A program made the position numbers and the translations under genes. A model generated the notes under the pieces. The model did no database searches. It had not been told where the DNA came from and saw nothing but the letters and a program-made list of their open reading frames with translations. From a virus (Duplodnaviria > Caudoviricetes), in IMG/VR virus record IMGVR_UViG_3300038673_000807, positions 1-28,007 of that record: a stretch of DNA of 28,007 bases. One strand, 5' to 3'. Positions 17,332 through 25,379 of the stretch are shown piece after piece (position 1 is the stretch's first letter; each line of letters opens with the position of its first letter).

Positions 17332-18048
17332 ATGACTACTAGAAGTCCGAAGACATTTGTCGCCGGCGAAGCCCTTGAAGCATATCGCCGGGTTAAGTTG
17401 GATGCCAGCGGGAATGTCGTTTATTCCGACGCTGGAGAGGGGTATATCGGGTTTACGCTCGAACTCGTTGCGTCTGGGTCCCCGGTTGCCGTTGTGTTGA
17501 AGAATGATGCCACAACGTTTAAGGTTACAGCTGCCGAGGCTTTTGCGATTGCTGCTGTCCTGTACGGCGCGGATGACGGGAAAGTGCAGGACACAGCAGC
17601 TGGAAACCAGATCGGCACCGCATTGGAGGCGGCGACCGCTGACGGCGATGTGGTGGAAGCTTTAGCCGATCTTGGAGCCGGCGCTCAGGTGAACGGGGCC
17701 GGGGTCTTGAAGCAGGCAGACGGAGAGCCCGGATCTATACCTATTTTACTTCATAAACAGGGGATTACCGACGCCACCACATCCGTTACGATCGCTACCC
17801 CTGCTTTTGATGTCCGGATTGTCGATTGGTGGCTGATTTCCCGCGACACAACGGCCTCTAATATCAAGTTGGTTAATGATGCCACTGATATGACGGCTGT
17901 AAAAGCCAAGGGCACGGCAGATGACGCTATTGTCCGTGGTGGTGACATCATCGAAGCACAGCGCGATGTCGCTGCCGGAGATCCTATCAAGGTTAACGCC
18001 AGCGTTGCAGCAGCGTTTGATATTTTTGTCATGGCGATTAAAGTTTAA
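17332..18048 (+). CDS. Capsid cement/decoration protein (DUF2190-like) with C-terminal extension
   Basis: FVAGEALEAYRRVKL...IGTALEAATADGDVVE; lies between the protease and MCP. Confidence 0.8.
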   Translation: MTTRSPKTFVAGEALEAYRRVKLDASGNVVYSDAGEGYIGFTLELVASGSPVAVVLKNDATTFKVTAAEAFAIAAVLYGADDGKVQDTAAGNQIGTALEAATADGDVVEALADLGAGAQVNGAGVLKQADGEPGSIPILLHKQGITDATTSVTIATPAFDVRIVDWWLISRDTTASNIKLVNDATDMTAVKAKGTADDAIVRGGDIIEAQRDVAAGDPIKVNASVAAAFDIFVMAIKV

Positions 18049-18092
18049 CATTCATTAACAGGCAATATTTTGCTAAGAAATGGAGGGGATAA

Positions 18093-19046
18093 ATGATTGG
18101 ACGCAGTGCTGTTAGGTCAACACCGAGACTGGATCTCGGAAGAGCATTTATGGAATACGTGCGAACTCAGGAACAGTTTATTGGTTTGCGCGTATTCCCG
18201 ATTGTTGAGGTTATGAAGAAAGCCGCGACGTTCCCGGCGATTACCCGGGAAAGCACGACCCGTTTGCTTGATACTAAACGGGCTGCGGGAGGGAACTACA
18301 ATCGCGATGGATTTGACACCGAGGATATTCCATACAATTGCGAGGAACATGGTCTCGAGGGCCCGCTTGATGATTCGCAGAGAAATCTGTATAAAACGGA
18401 TTTTGATGCGGAATTTGTTACGGTTCAAACCATTGGCGACAAACTTTTACTGGCGCAGGAGGGCCGAATTTCTGCGGCTGCGTTTAACACATCAGTGTTT
18501 ACGGGATCTGCCTTGTATACGGACGTTTCGGCGGCTCCGTGGACTGCAGCGGGGTCGGATGTTATCGGCCACGTCAAAGCTGCACGAGAAAAGGTTCGCC
18601 AGAATTGCGGGGTAGAACCTAACGCGATTGTAATGAATAAATCTAATTGGGACAAATTGATTGAAAATACCGCTATTAAGGCGGCGATTCAATACGTGGC
18701 CCGATTAACCGAACAGGAACTTCGAAACGCCCTGGCGGATATTTTGGGAGTCCAAAAGGTGATTGTCGGTAAGGCGATTTACAACTCGGCCAAACAGGGG
18801 AAAACGTTTTCAGGGGCTGAGGTGTGGGGCTCTAATTATGCGCTGATCGGGTATATCCCGGAGGACAAGGATATCGTTGCTCCGGCGGTCGGCCGCAGCC
18901 CGCTCTGGGTTGAGGATAGTCCCGAGAACCAGACAGTTGAGTCGTACCGAGAAGAAGGTGTTCGCAGTGACGTTTATCGCGTGCGGCAGAATATCGATGA
19001 GGTTGTGGTGGATCCGTATTTTGGCCACCTGCTTAAGGTTCGATAA
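18093..19046 (+). CDS. Major capsid protein (lambda gpE-like)
   Basis: 317 aa; position after the decoration gene; FIGLRVFPIVEV, YNCEEHGLE and PNAIVMN motifs. Confidence 0.88.
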   Translation: MIGRSAVRSTPRLDLGRAFMEYVRTQEQFIGLRVFPIVEVMKKAATFPAITRESTTRLLDTKRAAGGNYNRDGFDTEDIPYNCEEHGLEGPLDDSQRNLYKTDFDAEFVTVQTIGDKLLLAQEGRISAAAFNTSVFTGSALYTDVSAAPWTAAGSDVIGHVKAAREKVRQNCGVEPNAIVMNKSNWDKLIENTAIKAAIQYVARLTEQELRNALADILGVQKVIVGKAIYNSAKQGKTFSGAEVWGSNYALIGYIPEDKDIVAPAVGRSPLWVEDSPENQTVESYREEGVRSDVYRVRQNIDEVVVDPYFGHLLKVR

Positions 19047-19112
19047 AGATCAATATAACCCTTATGAGGGAGGAGTATCCTGGGGGCTTAAAAACCCCCA
19101 GGATGACTTAGC

Positions 19113-19460
19113 ATGACATTCAAAGACCAGTTAGCGATTGATGCTCGGCAGGTTTTTTTGAATACTGATGAACATGCGGAGATGATCGCATATACCCCGT
19201 ATGGTGGTACCAGCAAGGACATAAAAGCTGTTGTGTCCCGGCGCGGTATTGAGCCAGGGGGTGAGGATTCCGGCCGTGTCTTGCGTAACCAGGTCGAAAT
19301 TTTGATTGCGAACGACGCAGATGAAGGAGTTATTGCTGTGAATAAGGGGGGAGATGTGGTGGCTTTGCAGGAGAGAGAAGGAGGGGTTATGAAGAATTGG
19401 CGGGTGCTTGACATTATTAATCAGGATGCCGGTATGTGGCATTTATTATTGCAGGGGTGA
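19113..19460 (+). CDS. Head-tail joining protein (gpFII-like)
   Basis: MTFKDQLAIDARQVFLNTDEHAE N-terminus, plus size and position. Confidence 0.75.
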   Translation: MTFKDQLAIDARQVFLNTDEHAEMIAYTPYGGTSKDIKAVVSRRGIEPGGEDSGRVLRNQVEILIANDADEGVIAVNKGGDVVALQEREGGVMKNWRVLDIINQDAGMWHLLLQG

Positions 19461-20110
19461 GGGTGGAAATCTTATCAGAAATAAAACTGGTTAATTATCC
19501 TTCTCTGCAGGAGCTTGTTTTACATTTGCCCCAGCGGGTTAAAAGAGAAATCGCGGATGGGTTAGACCACGCTACCCGCAGTTTCTTAGCGTATTTTTTT
19601 AAGAATCGACTGCAGGGGCGCCCGGGAGTAAAGGCCAAGCAGGGAGGATTGTTTCATCGATTTAGACGAGTAACGTATATAAACGGAAAGCGTGTTTTTT
19701 TGCGGACCCAGGCATACCGCAATGAATCTATATCCAGAATTTCCAAGTCATTAAAAGACCCGTTGAATATGAAGATTGAAATGTTTTCTGAGTCGAAGGT
19801 GGTTGGCATACATGAACGCGGAGGTGTTGTGTCCGGGCATGGATCCGCAATGCCTATACCGCTCAATGAAAAAGCTAGGGCTATGTCGCCTAAAATGAGA
19901 AATTCTTCGGGTTTAGAAGTAATGGAAATCGGGAACAAATTATTTCTTGGGAAGAAACGCCGGCGCGGAAAGCCGGAATTGTTTTTTTTGTTATCGAAAC
20001 AGATCCGGATCCCGGCTCGTTTGGGATATTACTCCAGTTGGGAGGCGCATCAGTCCAGGCAGGAAGAGATTTTGGAGAAATCAGTCAGTAAAGCAATCGA
20101 GAAATTGTGA
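19457..20110 (+). CDS. Tail completion / minor tail protein (gpZ-like position)
   Basis: Basic protein between the head-tail joining and tail terminator genes, with IHERGG and IPARLG. GTG start overlaps the upstream TGA. Confidence 0.6.
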   Translation: MRVEILSEIKLVNYPSLQELVLHLPQRVKREIADGLDHATRSFLAYFFKNRLQGRPGVKAKQGGLFHRFRRVTYINGKRVFLRTQAYRNESISRISKSLKDPLNMKIEMFSESKVVGIHERGGVVSGHGSAMPIPLNEKARAMSPKMRNSSGLEVMEIGNKLFLGKKRRRGKPELFFLLSKQIRIPARLGYYSSWEAHQSRQEEILEKSVSKAIEKL

Positions 20111-20577
20111 TGAGCGAAACTGTCAGAGAAAAAATTTTACAGGACGTCCTTGAAACTCTTGAAACGGTCACGGTGGCTAGTGGGTATGACAATACGTTGG
20201 CGAGTGTGCAGCGGTGGAAGCAAAAGGGGAATGACACGACCGTTAACGTCCCTTGTGTTGTAATTGTCGCCGGAACAGAAAAAAAAGAACCTAAGCCGAA
20301 TCCGTTAATGACGTGTATGTTTACGGTTGTTTTGACGGTATGGACCCAGCAGGTTGATTCGGATGAAACGCCCACGGACACTATTCTCGACAGTCTGCTG
20401 GGAGATATCGAAAAGGCATTGATGATCGACATAACACGCGGAGGATATGCGCAAGATTCCTTTATTACTGATGTGATCCCGTTTGAGACCGTTGAAGGCC
20501 AGCCTCAATGCGGGCTGATTATAAATTTGGATATTCAATATAGACACTTACAAGACGATCCGGGAACAGCCGGATAA
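20110..20577 (+). CDS. Tail terminator protein (gpU-like)
   Basis: VREKIL...DIEKALMIDITRGGYA; acidic, ~155 aa, directly before the tail tube gene. Confidence 0.7.
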   Translation: MSETVREKILQDVLETLETVTVASGYDNTLASVQRWKQKGNDTTVNVPCVVIVAGTEKKEPKPNPLMTCMFTVVLTVWTQQVDSDETPTDTILDSLLGDIEKALMIDITRGGYAQDSFITDVIPFETVEGQPQCGLIINLDIQYRHLQDDPGTAG

Positions 20578-20593
20578 TTAAGGAGGAACCCAC

Positions 20594-21751
20594 ATGCTAA
20601 CTCGGAAAAAACAGTTTTCCGGCAAAATTGAAACAACTGCCGGCGTAGCCGAATTTCTCAGCGCTGCTGACGCAAAAGTGTTGATGTATGATCCCAGAAT
20701 GACCTTTGACCCGGAATTTTTTGAGCGCCGGCCGGCCGGGGCCAGTATTTCACGTTTGTCAAAGATCCCCGGGAAACGGCCGGGAGCGAATGTGTTTCAG
20801 GCCTTAATGCGGGGATCCGGGACCGCAACGACCCGGGCCGAGTGGATTAAATATTTACTGGCATGCGGGTTCACCGAACATGACCTGTATGCCATTACGA
20901 TTGGGGCTATAACATCAGGGCCCTTCCAGCATTTGGAAGTTATCACTGGCAGCGTCTCGGAGGCAACCGGGCTTGTTGTCAAGAAAACGTCTAACGGCAC
21001 CACCACGCTTTATTATATCCCCGTTTCGGGAACACTCGCCAGCGGTGACACAATCACCGGGGCGACGTCCGGGGCGACAGCCACAGCCGGCGGGGCCCCG
21101 TCTCAGGTTGGATTGTGTTATCGTATCACGACCATTGACGAAACTTTCACCAATATCCCGACGATGACCCAGTCAGGAAACGTTCATGGGGTTTATATGC
21201 TGTTAAAGGGATGTATGGGAAAGGTTAAGTTTGGATTGAAGTCCGGGAAGCCGGTCACAATGGATTTTGAATTTAACGGTGTTGAGGCCGGCATTACGGA
21301 TGTGGCGATGGTTACCGGGATTGTCCATGAGAAAACCATCCCGCCGGTGTTCATGAACGCTGCTTTTAAGATTGATTCATACGCGGCCAAGTTCAGCGAA
21401 ATGGATATTGATGTCGCGAACACCTTGGCAGCCAGGGACGACCCAGCGGATAGCCGCGGGATTCATTCGTTTATTATTACGGATCATCCGGTCAGCGGTT
21501 CATACAACCCAGAAATGGTGGAGGTGGCAACGCACGATTTCTACGGTAAATGGCTTGCCGGTACTGAAATGGACATGGTAATCCCTGTTGGATCTGTTCC
21601 CGGGAATAAATTTGAGCTTTATGCTCCCAGGACGCAGTACACCAATATCAGCGATGAGGACCGTGACGGGATCGCCGTGGCGAAGTCACAATTTGATTTT
21701 AATGGATCAGAGGATATTGGCGACGATGAGTTCATGATTTTGGCATTGTAA
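20594..21751 (+). CDS. Major tail tube protein with inserted beta domain
   Basis: SD AAGGAGG; MLTRKK...KIETT, YLLACGF and C-terminal EDRDGIA motifs; position before the chaperone and tape measure. Confidence 0.8.
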   Translation: MLTRKKQFSGKIETTAGVAEFLSAADAKVLMYDPRMTFDPEFFERRPAGASISRLSKIPGKRPGANVFQALMRGSGTATTRAEWIKYLLACGFTEHDLYAITIGAITSGPFQHLEVITGSVSEATGLVVKKTSNGTTTLYYIPVSGTLASGDTITGATSGATATAGGAPSQVGLCYRITTIDETFTNIPTMTQSGNVHGVYMLLKGCMGKVKFGLKSGKPVTMDFEFNGVEAGITDVAMVTGIVHEKTIPPVFMNAAFKIDSYAAKFSEMDIDVANTLAARDDPADSRGIHSFIITDHPVSGSYNPEMVEVATHDFYGKWLAGTEMDMVIPVGSVPGNKFELYAPRTQYTNISDEDRDGIAVAKSQFDFNGSEDIGDDEFMILAL

Positions 21752-21780
21752 CTTTTTATAACAAGTTAAGGAGGTCTGTC

Positions 21781-22209
21781 ATGGCATTAATAGGTATAAA
21801 TTCAGCGGAGACCCGGGACTATGTTTCTCCCAAAGATCCGGATAAAGATAATCCTACTGTTTTTTCTGTTGGGGTTTTGGATCCGTATGTCCAATCCTAT
21901 ATCGAAGAGATGACCAACAAAATTTCCGTCAGATCTAAGAACCCAGATGAAAGGGCCAGTATTAATTATTCCGATTTGAAACGGAATATATTGATTGTTC
22001 GTCTTGGGGTTAAGGACATCAGGAATTTTATTGATCCGCAAACCCAGAAACCAATACGGTTTGATACTGTCAGTATGCCACTCGGAGGCAAGAATTTTCC
22101 GGCTATAACCGAGAGCATCATTAGCATGATGTCCAAAGAGTTGATCAATGAACTGGCTGGTGAGGTTGAGACAGACAATAATTTGTCGGAGGAAGAGGAA
22201 AAAAACTGA
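21781..22209 (+). CDS. Tail assembly chaperone (gpG-like)
   Basis: Between tail tube and tape measure; ends EEEKN* on a slippery A AAA AAC. Confidence 0.8.
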   Translation: MALIGINSAETRDYVSPKDPDKDNPTVFSVGVLDPYVQSYIEEMTNKISVRSKNPDERASINYSDLKRNILIVRLGVKDIRNFIDPQTQKPIRFDTVSMPLGGKNFPAITESIISMMSKELINELAGEVETDNNLSEEEEKN

Positions 22210-22493
22210 GACTGGCGGTCTGGGTTGCCCAACGGAATCAAGACTGCCAGGATGAGGATACCGGGGGGTGGGAATTTGATGGTGAGGAATTGCCGGAAAA
22301 TCCCAAAGACATGATAACGCCGCAATCGTTTGCATATTTATCCGCATGGATGGATTTAGAAAAAGGGCGCGGGTGGCCGAACGGAAAGGGCCGGCAGGGT
22401 GAATCGTTAAAATTGTCCCGGGCAGTAGATGTCATCGATGTCGAGGTTGTAAAAATAAAACAAGTCAAGAATCGGAAGAGATATGAAGAATAA
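22200..22493 (+). CDS. -1 frameshift extension of tail chaperone (gpT-like portion)
   Basis: Heptamer A AAA AAC at 22200-22206. The -1 frame is open (LRLAVWVAQRNQDC...WPNGKGRQGE...RYEE*) to 22493. Confidence 0.75.
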   Translation, partial: KKLRLAVWVAQRNQDCQDEDTGGWEFDGEELPENPKDMITPQSFAYLSAWMDLEKGRGWPNGKGRQGESLKLSRAVDVIDVEVVKIKQVKNRKRYEE

Positions 22494-24003
22494 AGAAGTC
22501 AGCATCCTGATCCGGTTAGCTGATTATTTCAGCAAGGAATTTCAGAAAATCGATAAAGCTGTCAGCAGTTTTGCCGTAAAGATCAAACACGTGTCGAGAG
22601 ATATTAAGAAGTTTGGACAGACTTTAAAATCTATCGGATTGGACGCAATCTACTTGGGGGCCGCGATTACAGGGCCGTTGGTCTTGGCGTTTAAAAGCGC
22701 CGAGGGATATTCTCTCGGCGTTAGGAACGAATTAGCACGATTCAATAATATTGTGACGTCTATTAAGATCAATATTGCGACCGCCCTTATCCCCGTATTT
22801 GACCAATTAAATGACGTTATGGCTTCCGTATTAAACTTCTGGAACAAGATTCCCCAGGAGATCCAGACGAATATTATTCAGTTTACGTTTTGGTCAGGAG
22901 CGATATTATTAGCCGCCGGCAGTATTCTGCTTTTGATTGGCCGGGTGAGTCTGCTGACTGGCAAAGTTATAGAAGCAGGGGGCAACGTCACCTTGTTTAT
23001 AGCCAAACTGTCGCCATTGGCTTTGGCGATAGGATCAGTCGCCGCCGCCATTGCTACGTTGATTATTTTTTGGGACCAGATGAGAGGAACGGCGGTCCCT
23101 GTATTAAACGCCATTGAAATCGGTATCCTCGCAGTCGGGATTGGGTACACCAAAATCTTTAATTCCATGTCTGCTGGCCTTATCAGGTTTATAAACGCAT
23201 TAACTGATAGATTGAGAGTTGTCGCGCAGATCCCCGGGCCCCAGCAAACGTTGTATTTAAACATCATAAAAGATGCGGACAAAGCATCAGCGAAGTTGCG
23301 GGCGTTTTCCACTGACACCCAAAATGTTATCGCAGCCATGGAACAGCGGATTTCGGAGATTATGTCTGGTGATGATGGGGCTTTGGCAGGATCGCTGGAC
23401 AGCGCTCATGAAAAAGTGCAGGAAACCTACGAGTTGATCAAAAGCATGTTTAGCGGGCAAGTGAATGAAGTTGGGCGGGCATTTGATGGCTGGATTACAG
23501 CAGCTCAACAGGCGGCACAGGCTATGACCAGCGCCCTGGGAGATGGGTTCTTTAATGTTATCCTGGGGCGTTTTGATGAATTACAGGATGTGGCCGCGGA
23601 TTTTGGTGATCAGATATTGAAAATATTATCTCAAGCAGTTGCTAAATTCGCCCTGGTCAACACTATCGGGAAATCATTCCCTTGGCTGGCAGAATTTTTT
23701 CATTCAGGAGGGGTGGTCCGGGCTCATTCAGGGACGCTGGCTTACGGAGAAGTACCTATTATCGGCCAGGCGGGAGAAGGTATCGTTTCTAAAAGGGGGA
23801 TGGCCGCCTTGGGTGCCGGCAATCTTATGCGACTGAACCGGGGGGAACAGCTTGGGGGAGGAACCACACTCCAGCCGACATTAATCATTAAAGCGTTTGA
23901 TGCGACAGACGTTTTTAACAGTCGAAAGCAGATAGAAGGGATTATGATCGATGCGTTACGGCGGAATGCGCCTATACGAGGAGCGGTGAGACAATATGGC
24001 TGA
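22483..24003 (+). CDS. Tape measure protein
   Basis: Helical A/I/L-rich 506 aa with hydrophobic segments and C-terminal FHSGG...GEVPIIGQAGEGIVS. Confidence 0.88.
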   Translation: MKNKEVSILIRLADYFSKEFQKIDKAVSSFAVKIKHVSRDIKKFGQTLKSIGLDAIYLGAAITGPLVLAFKSAEGYSLGVRNELARFNNIVTSIKINIATALIPVFDQLNDVMASVLNFWNKIPQEIQTNIIQFTFWSGAILLAAGSILLLIGRVSLLTGKVIEAGGNVTLFIAKLSPLALAIGSVAAAIATLIIFWDQMRGTAVPVLNAIEIGILAVGIGYTKIFNSMSAGLIRFINALTDRLRVVAQIPGPQQTLYLNIIKDADKASAKLRAFSTDTQNVIAAMEQRISEIMSGDDGALAGSLDSAHEKVQETYELIKSMFSGQVNEVGRAFDGWITAAQQAAQAMTSALGDGFFNVILGRFDELQDVAADFGDQILKILSQAVAKFALVNTIGKSFPWLAEFFHSGGVVRAHSGTLAYGEVPIIGQAGEGIVSKRGMAALGAGNLMRLNRGEQLGGGTTLQPTLIIKAFDATDVFNSRKQIEGIMIDALRRNAPIRGAVRQYG

Positions 24004-24337
24004 TTTTGTTTATAAACCGGATTTTGGGTATAAAACAAAGCCGTTTTATAACGTGTTACGGACGAAGTTTGATAATAAGGTGGAACAGCGCCGGTTAAAG
24101 ACTTCTCAAAAACTGCGCTCTTGGGAATTATCATTCAATAACCGATCGACTACGGAAAAAAATGCGGTCAGCACATTTTATGATGACAAAAAAGGGTCAT
24201 TAACGGCTTTTTCTATTTCAATCGACGGCAGTGACGTGACAGGGATTTTTGTGGAGGATTCGTTTTGGTATGAACGGATTGCCCCCAATGTTTATAACTA
24301 TGGATTCGAATTTGAAGAAGTTATAACCAGCAGCTAA
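23996..24337 (+). CDS. Distal tail protein (gpM-like)
   Basis: 113 aa directly after the tape measure; TKFDNKVEQRR...RSWELSF...FEFEEV. Confidence 0.75.
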   Translation: MADFVYKPDFGYKTKPFYNVLRTKFDNKVEQRRLKTSQKLRSWELSFNNRSTTEKNAVSTFYDDKKGSLTAFSISIDGSDVTGIFVEDSFWYERIAPNVYNYGFEFEEVITSS

Positions 24338-24346
24338 TTCTGGCCC

Positions 24347-24964
24347 ATGAAAGACATCACATACGAATTCACGCTGCAGAAAAATAAGCAGGAACAAACG
24401 CCTGCTATTGTTTTATTTACTATCCACAACTATGACGGATTAAGCAATGACTTGCGATATACGTCATACGATTCCGATGTGACTTTTGATGGACTGACAT
24501 ATAGCAAATATCCGATTGACTTTTCTAATTTGGGAGAAAATTCCAGCGGGGAGGTTGACGCGGTCCGTATCACGGTGGGGAACGTATTGCGGTACATCGA
24601 AAGCCAATTGCATACGTATGACCTCCGTGAGAAGAAGGTCACTATCCGCGTTGTATGGGAGGACCTCCTTTCTGATCCAAACTCTTATTTGGACTTCGTG
24701 TATTACATTGATTCATATTCTGCTAACCAAAGCCAGGTTGAATTTATTTGTACCACAAAATTGGATGTCATAGATAAGACTATCCCGGGGGAGATTTATT
24801 TGCGGACGCATTGCCGATATCGACAATTTAAGGGGCCGCAATGCGGATACTCTGGTTCAGAGACAGAATGTAATCGCACGATGCAGCGATGTCTTGAATT
24901 GAATAATTTGAGCCGGTTCGGTGGATTCCCGTCGTGCCCATTAAGGAGTTTGTATGTTGTTTAA
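24347..24964 (+). CDS. Minor tail protein gpL-like (tail tip hub)
   Basis: C-terminal four-Cys motif HCRY...QCGY...ECNRTMQRC...RFGGFP. Confidence 0.85.
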   Translation: MKDITYEFTLQKNKQEQTPAIVLFTIHNYDGLSNDLRYTSYDSDVTFDGLTYSKYPIDFSNLGENSSGEVDAVRITVGNVLRYIESQLHTYDLREKKVTIRVVWEDLLSDPNSYLDFVYYIDSYSANQSQVEFICTTKLDVIDKTIPGEIYLRTHCRYRQFKGPQCGYSGSETECNRTMQRCLELNNLSRFGGFPSCPLRSLYVV

Positions 24965-25379
24965 TAATGTGGACCAGGATGAGGAGCGGTTACTCTTGAA
25001 ATTTATGGCCATCCCTTATAAACATCGGGGGCGGTGTTTTGACGGGGCTGATTGTTACGGTTTGGAGATCCTGTGGTACAGGCACCGTTACGGTATAGAG
25101 TTGTTCGACCTTGAAGAGGATTATGACGTTCCCGGGCGATGGGGTGACAGGTCTTATATTTTGGAAAATTATTATCGGCAGTGGACAAAGACTGATCATC
25201 CAGAACCCGGAGATCTCATCATTTTTAATCGATATCAGCAGGCGGATCACGTAGGAGTATGCCTGACAAACGGCCGGTTTATGCACATGATGCGATGTGG
25301 CGTGGTCATCGGCCGATTATTGGATAAAGAGTGGAGCAACATCGTCGAAGGATATTATCGATTCAAAGGGAAAAGATGA
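24954..25379 (+). CDS. NlpC/P60 tail assembly protein (gpK-like)
   Basis: IPYKHRGR, GADCYGL, PGDLIIF and HVGV...FMH. Confidence 0.88.
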   Translation: MLFNNVDQDEERLLLKFMAIPYKHRGRCFDGADCYGLEILWYRHRYGIELFDLEEDYDVPGRWGDRSYILENYYRQWTKTDHPEPGDLIIFNRYQQADHVGVCLTNGRFMHMMRCGVVIGRLLDKEWSNIVEGYYRFKGKR

